Shown: piece by piece, positions 30,372-36,758 of the stretch | Layout: each line of letters opens with the position of its first letter | How positions within the stretch are numbered: the first letter of the stretch is position 1 | Source: an uncultured Curvibacter sp. | Lineage (GTDB): Bacteria; Pseudomonadota; Gammaproteobacteria; Burkholderiales; Burkholderiaceae_C | NCBI GenBank assembly: GCA_964546615.1 | Contig: CAZJKR010000003.1 | Coordinates: 1-36,758 of the forward strand | Length of the DNA stretch: 36,758 bases | Direction: 5' to 3' | Notes under the pieces: generated by a model | The model's database searches: none | What the model was told of the DNA's origin: nothing | What the model saw: the letters and a program-made list of their open reading frames with translations, nothing else | Translations under genes and position numbers: made by a program

Positions 30372-31462
30372 CTTCCTTTGGCTGGGTGCAGATCGGCCTG
30401 CGCCTGCAGCGCCAGCCGGCCGTCCACGTGCAGCGTCTGCGTGGGGAAGGCGAATTCGATGCCGCGCTCCGCGAAGGCGCGTACCAGCAGCAGGTTGATG
30501 GCCTGCTGCAGGTCCATGTAGGTGCCGAAAGCCGGGTCGAGCACGTGGTAGACGGTCTCGAAATCCAGCGAGAAGGCACCGAAACCCTTGAAATGCGAAC
30601 GGTCGAAACGCACACCGGGCTGCGCCTCGATGGCGGCGCGGATCAAGCCGGGGATGGCTTCGAGCTTGTCGGCCGGCGTGTCGTAGGTCACACCGAGGGT
30701 GAAGAGCGCGCGGCGCTCCTGCATGCGGCCGTAGTTGCGGATGCGGCTGCTGAGCAGGCCGTTGTTGGCCAGCACGATCTGCTCACCGCTGAGGCTGCGG
30801 ATGCGGGTGGTCTTCAGGCCCACGTGCTCCACCGTGCCGGTTACATCTTCCACGATGATGAAGTCGCCGATCACGAAGGGCTGGTCGATCGCGATGGACA
30901 GCGAGGCGAACAGGTCGCCCAGGATGTTCTGCGCGGCCAGTGCCACCGCCACCCCGCCGATGCCCAGGCTGGCCACCAGCGCCGTGACGTTCAGGCCCAT
31001 GTTGTCCAGGATCAGCAGCGCCACCAGGCTCCACAGCACCACGCGGCCGATGAAACCCAGCATCGAGCGCGTCATGGAGCGCGCGCCGTCCCCGCCCGCT
31101 TCGCCGTTGGCGAAACGCAGCCGCAGCCAGAACTCCAGCACGCGGGCGCCCCAGAAGCCGGCCTGCAGCAGCAGCAACCCGACGAACACGCGGTCGGCCA
31201 CCTTGCCGGCCGCTGCCGGCAGTTCCAGGAACTGCACTGCCACGTACACGCCCACGGCGGCCGAGAGCAGCACGCGCGTGCCCGACAGCACCTCCACCAG
31301 CAGTTGCACCACCGTGTGGTCCGAACGGGCCATGCGGCGGAAGCGTCGCAGCACCAGGCGGCGGCTCAGTTCGAACACGACCATGCAGGTCGTCACGGCC
31401 AGCAGCGCAACGAGCCAGTCTTCGAGCGAGTTGTTGTTCAGGATCTGGTGCAGCAGTTTCAT
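30359..31462 (-). CDS. Small-conductance mechanosensitive channel (MscS family)
   Basis: ALVASLGIGGVAVALAAQNILGDLFAS, DQPFVIGDFI, GTVEHVGLKTTRIRSLSGEQI, GIEFAFPTQTL. ATG at 31462 overlaps the upstream TGA. Confidence 0.93.
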   Translation of the reverse strand: MKLLHQILNNNSLEDWLVALLAVTTCMVVFELSRRLVLRRFRRMARSDHTVVQLLVEVLSGTRVLLSAAVGVYVAVQFLELPAAAGKVADRVFVGLLLLQAGFWGARVLEFWLRLRFANGEAGGDGARSMTRSMLGFIGRVVLWSLVALLILDNMGLNVTALVASLGIGGVAVALAAQNILGDLFASLSIAIDQPFVIGDFIIVEDVTGTVEHVGLKTTRIRSLSGEQIVLANNGLLSSRIRNYGRMQERRALFTLGVTYDTPADKLEAIPGLIRAAIEAQPGVRFDRSHFKGFGAFSLDFETVYHVLDPAFGTYMDLQQAINLLLVRAFAERGIEFAFPTQTLHVDGRLALQAQADLHPAKGSRSG

Positions 31463-32607
31463 GCGGGTGGGGTCTCCGGCAGCTTTTCCTGCCAGTCGGG
31501 GGTCTGTACCTCGGCCGGCGGAAAGTCCGCCAGCGGGCCGAGCGGCTTGCGGTCGCGCTGGAACAGCGGCGGGCTGGTCATGTAGCTGATCAGCAGGCGC
31601 GTCAGGGCCTCCAGCGAGTCCAGGTGCACGCGCTCGTGCCCGTGCGAGGCGTCCAGCCCGAAGCACACCAGTGCGGTGCGGATGTCGTTGCCCGCCTCCA
31701 GCGCAGCGGCAGCGTCGCTGCGGTAGAAGCGGAACACGTCGCGCGCATGGGGTATGCCCTCGGCCGCGCACAGCTCCAGCAGCCGGCGTGTGAGGTGCCA
31801 GTCGAAGGGGCCGCTGGAGTCCTGCATGGAGATGGTCACGCCGTACTCATGCGTGTACTGGCCCTCGGCCACCGTGCCGTTGTCGATGGAGATCAGCTCC
31901 GCCACGTCACCGTGCAGCACGTGCGAGGCACCCACGCCGATCTCCTCCGAGATGGTGAACAGCGGGAAGCAGTCCACCGGCAGCTTGCAGCCGGCGTCCA
32001 GGATGGCCTTGAGCGCGGCCAGCACCGCGGCCACGCCGGCCTTGTCGTCCAGATGGCGCGCGTTGATGAAACCCTCGGGGCCGAACACCGGGTTGGCATG
32101 CACGGCAATGGTGTCGCCCACGTGGATGCCCAGCGCGCGCGTCTCGGCCTCGCTGTGCGTGCGCGCGTCGATGCGCAGCTCCAGGTTGTCCCAGCTCACC
32201 GGCTGGGTGTCGATCTCCTGGTTGAAGGTGTGGCCCGAGGCCTTGCACGGCAGCAGCGTACCGTGGTGCAGCACCCCCTGGTCGGAATAGATGGTCACGC
32301 GTGCGCCCTCGGCGAAGCGCGAAGACCAGAAGCCGATGGGCACCACCCGCAGCCGCCCGTCGGGTTTGTAGCCCTTGACCATGGCACCCAGCGTGTCCAG
32401 GTGCGAGACCACGGCGCGCGCCGGCGTGCGGCGGCTGCCCTGCAGCCGGGCGCGGATGGCGCCGCGGCGCGTCAGCTCGTATTCGATGCCCAGCTCGTCC
32501 AGCTCATGGCACAGCTGGTGCACCACGGCGTCGGTCATGCCGGAGGGGCTGGGGGTGTTGAGCAGGCGGTTGAGCACCGCCTGCAGGTAGTCCATGTCAG
32601 GTGTCAT
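31459..32607 (-). CDS. Osmoprotectant NAGGN-system M42 family peptidase
   Basis: TPSPSGMTD, SHLDTLGA, ARHLDDKAG, TISEEIG, SIDN, DASHGHER; third gene after asnO-ngg. Confidence 0.9.
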   Translation of the reverse strand: MTPDMDYLQAVLNRLLNTPSPSGMTDAVVHQLCHELDELGIEYELTRRGAIRARLQGSRRTPARAVVSHLDTLGAMVKGYKPDGRLRVVPIGFWSSRFAEGARVTIYSDQGVLHHGTLLPCKASGHTFNQEIDTQPVSWDNLELRIDARTHSEAETRALGIHVGDTIAVHANPVFGPEGFINARHLDDKAGVAAVLAALKAILDAGCKLPVDCFPLFTISEEIGVGASHVLHGDVAELISIDNGTVAEGQYTHEYGVTISMQDSSGPFDWHLTRRLLELCAAEGIPHARDVFRFYRSDAAAALEAGNDIRTALVCFGLDASHGHERVHLDSLEALTRLLISYMTSPPLFQRDRKPLGPLADFPPAEVQTPDWQEKLPETPPA

Positions 32608-34367
32608 GCAGTGGCCTTGGGGGTGGTGTCGCGCAGTTCGGCGCGCGTCTGCGGGAACAGCATGTCGATGAAGCGCTCCGCAGTGGGTTGCGGCTCGTGG
32701 TTGGCCAGGCCCGGGCGTTCGTTGGCCTCGATGATCACGTAGTCGGGCTGGTCAGGCGCGCGCACGATGAAGTCGAAACCCGCCAGCGGGATTTCCAGCA
32801 CGCGCGAGGCGCGCTCGGCCGCCTCGCGCAGCGCCGGGTGCAGGATGGGCGTCATGTCGTGGATGGTGCCGCCGGTGTGCAGGTTGGCCGTCTTGCGCAC
32901 CTGCACCGTGGTGCCGGCTGCGGGCACCGAATCGAGTGTGTAACCCTGGCCACGCAGGCAACGCAGCGTTTCGTCGTCGATGGGAATGCGGCTTTCGCCC
33001 GCGGTGGCCATCTGGCGCCGTCGGCTCTGCTTCTCGATCAGCGTGCGCAGCGTGCTGCCGCCGTCGCCCACCACCGCAGCCGGGCGGCGCGAGGCCGCAG
33101 CCACCACCTGGTGGTCGATCACCACGATGCGCAGGTCGCTGCCGGCCACCATCTGCTCCACGATCACGTGGTCGCAGAAATGGCGCGCGGCCTTGATGGC
33201 GGCGTTCACCTCGTCCGGCGTCTCCAGGTCCACCTTCACACCCTGGCCCTGCTCACCGCGCACCGGCTTGACCACCACGCGCCCGTGCTGCTGCAGGAAA
33301 GCCGCCACGGCCTGCGGGTCGTCGGCGTCGATCTGCGCCGGCACCGCAATGCCGGCGGCCGCCAGCACGCGCAGCGTCAGGCGCTTGTCGTCACAGCGGC
33401 TCATGGCGATGGCGCTGGTCAATTCCGAGAGCGATTCGCGGCAGGTGATGCTGCGCCCGCCCAGACTGAGTTTGAAATACCCGTTCTCCGCGTCCAGCAC
33501 CTCCACGCTGATGCCCCGGCGGCGCGCCTCGCGCACCAGGATGCCAGCGTAGATGTTCAGGTCCGCGGCCGGGTCCGGCCCCAGGAACAGCGGCTCGTTG
33601 ATCGGGTTCTTGTTCTTGGCGCAATACACCGGTACCCGCACAAAACCGAGCTTCTCGTACAGCGCGATGGCCTGCGTGTTGTCGTGCAGCACCGAGAGGT
33701 CGAGGAAGGCCCGCCCGCGCTGGCGGAACAGCCCGGCCAGCGCGCGGCTCAGGCACTCGCCGATGCCCGGGTGGCTGGCCTGCGGGTCCACCGCCAGCGC
33801 CCACAGGCTGGCACCACCGTCGGGGTCGTTGAAGGCACGCACATGATCCACGCCCGTCACCACGCCCAGGATGGCGCGGGTCTCCAGGTCTTCCGCCACC
33901 AGCAGGTCTACCTCGGGCTGCTGGCCCAGCTTGGTGAAGAAGGCGCGCGGCGGGGCCACCATCTTGCGCATCTGGTAGATGCGGCGCACCGCCTCCGCGT
34001 CGCGCGGCTGTGCCAGGCGGATGGTCCAGGGCCCGTGCTCGGGCACCTCGATCGGCGTGGCCAGCGCCAGCCGGTAGGTGTAGGACGGGTCGATGAACAA
34101 GTCCTGCGGGGCCAGCGCCACCACCACCTGCGGGTCGCGCAGGTACAGGGCGATGTCGCGCCGGCCCGGCTGCTCGCGGCGGATGGTCTCCACCAGCGTG
34201 GGCGCGTCGGCAAAGGTCTGGCCGAAGATCAGCCGGCCCCAGCCGCAGTCCACCACGGTCTCGTTCTCCACCGCCAGCATGTCCGGGTGGCCGGCCGGGT
34301 TCTCCCAGTGGCGCAGGGACATCATGTCGTTCGGGTCCAGCGGGTTGCGGTCCTGGGTCTCGGTCAT
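32604..34367 (-). CDS. ngg: N-acetylglutaminylglutamine synthetase (GNAT + ATP-grasp)
   Basis: DCGWGRLIFGQTF, RDIALY, LWALAVDPQ..HPGIGE, YEKLGF, CRESLSELT, VVKPVRGEQGQG, ANLHTGG, IEANERPGLANH. RBS AGGAGG precedes ATG 34367. Confidence 0.93.
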   Translation of the reverse strand: MTETQDRNPLDPNDMMSLRHWENPAGHPDMLAVENETVVDCGWGRLIFGQTFADAPTLVETIRREQPGRRDIALYLRDPQVVVALAPQDLFIDPSYTYRLALATPIEVPEHGPWTIRLAQPRDAEAVRRIYQMRKMVAPPRAFFTKLGQQPEVDLLVAEDLETRAILGVVTGVDHVRAFNDPDGGASLWALAVDPQASHPGIGECLSRALAGLFRQRGRAFLDLSVLHDNTQAIALYEKLGFVRVPVYCAKNKNPINEPLFLGPDPAADLNIYAGILVREARRRGISVEVLDAENGYFKLSLGGRSITCRESLSELTSAIAMSRCDDKRLTLRVLAAAGIAVPAQIDADDPQAVAAFLQQHGRVVVKPVRGEQGQGVKVDLETPDEVNAAIKAARHFCDHVIVEQMVAGSDLRIVVIDHQVVAAASRRPAAVVGDGGSTLRTLIEKQSRRRQMATAGESRIPIDDETLRCLRGQGYTLDSVPAAGTTVQVRKTANLHTGGTIHDMTPILHPALREAAERASRVLEIPLAGFDFIVRAPDQPDYVIIEANERPGLANHEPQPTAERFIDMLFPQTRAELRDTTPKATA

Positions 34368-34392
34368 GGTGGTGTGCCTCCTTGTTGTCATG

Positions 34393-36171
34393 TCACAGGC
34401 TGTGCGATTGCAGCCACAGCTCCAGCAGGGCCACCTGCCACAGCTTGGAGCCGCGCAGCGGCGTGATGTGCTGGTCCGGTGCGGCCAGCAGCTGGTCGAT
34501 GTACTCGGGGCGGAACAGGCCGCGTTGGCGCGCCGCCGGGCTGTGCAGCGCGTCCTTCACCCAGTCCAGCGTCGGGCCGGACAGGTACTTCAGCATCGGG
34601 ACGGGGAAATAGCCCTTGGGCCGGTCGATCACCTCATGCGGCAACATGCTGCGCGCAATCGCCTTGAGGATGCCCTTGCCGCCGTCGCCCAGCTTGTCCT
34701 GCGCCGGCAGCCGCGCGGCGAGCTCCACCAGCTCGTGGTCGAGGAAGGGCACGCGTGCCTCCAGGCCCCAGGCCATGGTCATGCTGTCCACGCGTTTCAC
34801 CGGGTCGTCCACCAGCATCACGGTCGCGTCCAGGCGCAGCGCCTGAGCCAGCGGCGTGTCGGCGCCGGGCTGGGCAAAATGCGCCGTCACGAAATTGCGG
34901 CTCGCGCCCGGCACAGCGTAGGCCTCAGCCACGGTGCGCAGGTACTCCGCCGGGTCGCGGTCGAAGAAGACGCGCGCATAGTCGTCCACGGCGTTGCTGC
35001 TCTCGGCCAGCGGCGGGTACCAGTGGTAGCCCGCGAACACCTCATCCGCACCCTGGCCGCTCTGCACCACCTTCACATGCTGCGAGACCTCGCGCGAGAG
35101 CAGGTAGAAGCCGATGTTGTCGTAGCTCACCATCGGCTCGGCCATCGCGTGGATGGTGGCCGGCAAATGCGCCAGCATCGTGCTGCCGTCAATGCGGATC
35201 TGGTGGTGCCGGGTGCCGAAAGTTCTGGCGATCAGGTCCGAATACTTGAACTCATCGCCCTGCTCGCCGTTCGCCGCCTCGAAGCCGATCGAGAAGGTGT
35301 TGAGGTCCCGCTGCCCGGCGCGTGCCAGCAGCGTCACGATCAGGCTCGAATCCACCCCGCCCGACAGCAGCACGCCCACCGGCACGTCGGCCACCATGCG
35401 GCGCGCCACCGCCGTCTCCAGCGCCACCCGCACCCTGCGCTCGCGCTCCTGGTAGGGCAGGGCGGCGATGGCCGGGTCGGTACTGAAAGGCGGGTTCCAG
35501 TAACGCGTCTCCTGCATGCGGCCGTCGGCCTCGTACACGCGCACAGTGGCCGGCGGCAGCTTGCGCACCCCGCGCAGGATGGTGCGCGGCGGCGGCACCA
35601 CGGCGTGCCACATCAGGTAATGCTCCAGCGCCACCGGGTCGATGGCGGTGTCCACGTCGCCCGCGGCCAGCAGCGCCGGCAGCGTGGAGGCAAAGCGCAG
35701 GCGCTTGCCGTCGGCCGACTCGCTGAGGTACAGGGGCTTGATGCCGAAGCGGTCGCGCCCCAGCACCACGCGGCCGCTGTCGCGCTCGAAGATGGCGAAG
35801 GCAAACATGCCGTGGAAGCGCCGCACGCAGTCCGTGCCCCACTCGCGGTAGGCGCGCAGCAGCACCTCGGTGTCGCCGTCGGAGAAGAAGCGGTGGCCCG
35901 CGGCTTCCAGCTCGGTGCGCAGCTCGCGGTAGTTGTAGAGGCAGCCGTTGAAAACCAGCGTCAGGCCCAGATCGGGCGCCACCATGGGCTGCTGCGCGCG
36001 TTCGCTCAGATCGATGATCTTCAGGCGCCGGTGGCCGAAGGCCACGCGGCTCTGGTGAAAGCTGCCGCCTGCATCAGGGCCGCGGGGGCGCAGCACCTCC
36101 ACCATGCGGCCGATGGCGTTGGCGTCGGCCTCGCGTTCGTCAAAGCGGATCTCTCCAGTGATTCCACACAA
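34393..36171 (-). CDS. asnO: N-acetylglutaminylglutamine amidotransferase (AsnB-like)
   Basis: N-terminal MCGI (Cys nucleophile), RGPD, GHRRLKIIDLS, FNG, RDRFGIKPLY, LLSGGVDSS, SGQGADE, LVDDPVKRVD, EARVPFLD. TTG start with GGAGG RBS. Confidence 0.93.
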   Translation of the reverse strand: MCGITGEIRFDEREADANAIGRMVEVLRPRGPDAGGSFHQSRVAFGHRRLKIIDLSERAQQPMVAPDLGLTLVFNGCLYNYRELRTELEAAGHRFFSDGDTEVLLRAYREWGTDCVRRFHGMFAFAIFERDSGRVVLGRDRFGIKPLYLSESADGKRLRFASTLPALLAAGDVDTAIDPVALEHYLMWHAVVPPPRTILRGVRKLPPATVRVYEADGRMQETRYWNPPFSTDPAIAALPYQERERRVRVALETAVARRMVADVPVGVLLSGGVDSSLIVTLLARAGQRDLNTFSIGFEAANGEQGDEFKYSDLIARTFGTRHHQIRIDGSTMLAHLPATIHAMAEPMVSYDNIGFYLLSREVSQHVKVVQSGQGADEVFAGYHWYPPLAESSNAVDDYARVFFDRDPAEYLRTVAEAYAVPGASRNFVTAHFAQPGADTPLAQALRLDATVMLVDDPVKRVDSMTMAWGLEARVPFLDHELVELAARLPAQDKLGDGGKGILKAIARSMLPHEVIDRPKGYFPVPMLKYLSGPTLDWVKDALHSPAARQRGLFRPEYIDQLLAAPDQHITPLRGSKLWQVALLELWLQSHSL

Positions 36172-36299
36172 TGTTTCGGTCCTCCCCAGGTCGTGGTGTT
36201 GAACAGGAAAGTCCGCGACCTTAACCCCGCAACCCTTTTCGCAGCAAACGGGTCGGTTACTCGTATCGTGTTAGGACTGGCTTGCAGACTGGCTCAGAT

Positions 36300-36316
36300 G
36301 CTATTGAATAAGTAGC
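36300..36316. repeat. GCTAY-N7-RTAGC palindromic element, copy 5
   Basis: at-gctat-tgaataa-gtagc-at, intergenic. Confidence 0.6.
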
Positions 36317-36453
36317 ATCGATGGACGCTATAGGGTGCGATCAGGCGTTTTATCGTGATGTGCAATCGGTGTGCGGACCGCTGCAAGACCGCACGGGGCG
36401 TAGGGTGTACTCCCCTAGAATGGCCACAACAACAAGCCGGGGAGACGTGTACC

Positions 36454-36724
36454 GTGCCATTGAGCTGGAATGAAATCAAATCGCGCGCACTGAACTTCAG
36501 CCGCACCTGGGCCGATGCGGCCAGCGAAGACAGCGAAGCCAAACCGTTCTGGATCGCCTTCTTCGAAATCTTCGGCATCACCGACAAGCGTGTTGCCACC
36601 TTCGAGCTCAACGTGCAGAAGCACGGCGGCAAACAAGGGTATGTCGATCTGTTCTGGCCCGGCATGTTGCTGGTGGAACAGAAGTCGCGCGGCAAGAGCC
36701 TGGATGCGGCCTTTGACCAGGCCC
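36454..36724 (+). pseudogene. MmeI-like type IIL restriction-modification enzyme, N-terminal ~90 codons, interrupted
   Basis: GTG start after GGAG: MPLSWNEIKSRALNFSRTW...EAKPFWIAFFEIFGITDKRVATFE...GYVDLFWPGMLLVEQKSRGKSLDAAFDQA, resembling the MmeI N-terminal PD-(D/E)xK nuclease (VDLFWPG..L.E.KS). Homology is lost abruptly at ~36725. Confidence 0.8.
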
Positions 36725-36758
36725 GAGGGTGTGCAGAATTTTGTGTAAACGGACAATC
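36725..36758. mobile_element. Probable IS256-family terminal inverted repeat at the window edge
   Basis: GAGGGTGTGCAGAATTTTGTGTAAAC (reverse: TTTACACAAAATTCTGCACACCCTC) resembles IS256-family ends, is AT-richer than its context, and coincides with the loss of MmeI homology and the end of the sequence. Confidence 0.65.

Noticed and set aside
36220-36262. Imperfect hairpin upstream of asnO as a possible riboswitch or leader RNA
   Set aside because: Weak pairing and no recognisable riboswitch consensus.

Overview
GC-rich betaproteobacterial chromosomal DNA; gene content and repeats look like Comamonadaceae. From left to right: (i) a heat-shock/chaperone block (5' part of dnaK, grpE, FKBP PPIase, HxlR regulator), with a sigma32-like promoter before each of dnaK and grpE; (ii) a ~27 kb aromatic (lignin-monomer) catabolic region. 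It contains a CoA-dependent beta-oxidative p-hydroxycinnamate/phenylpropanoid module (MarR, acyl-CoA dehydrogenase, Bug SBP, SDR, feruloyl-CoA synthetase, crotonase, CouO/PhdC-like amidohydrolase, with a palindromic operator), a stand-alone ComFB protein, a core-only MetE-like enzyme and a Liv-type ABC importer whose LivF has an in-frame deletion. It also holds a second Bug SBP, a DUF1932-type oxidoreductase, aroE, LysR and a protocatechuate 4,5-cleavage operon (ligJKIABC) that lacks ligU but is headed by a ModA-fold protein with no signal peptide; (iii) an NAGGN osmoprotectant operon (asnO-ngg-M42 peptidase) translationally coupled to mscS; (iv) an MmeI-like type IIL restriction-modification gene cut after ~90 codons by a probable IS256-family end at the window edge. 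The intergenic DNA carries at least four families of short palindromic repeats, including five copies of GCTAY-N7-RTAGC. All calls come from reading sequence and motifs; no database searches were run.
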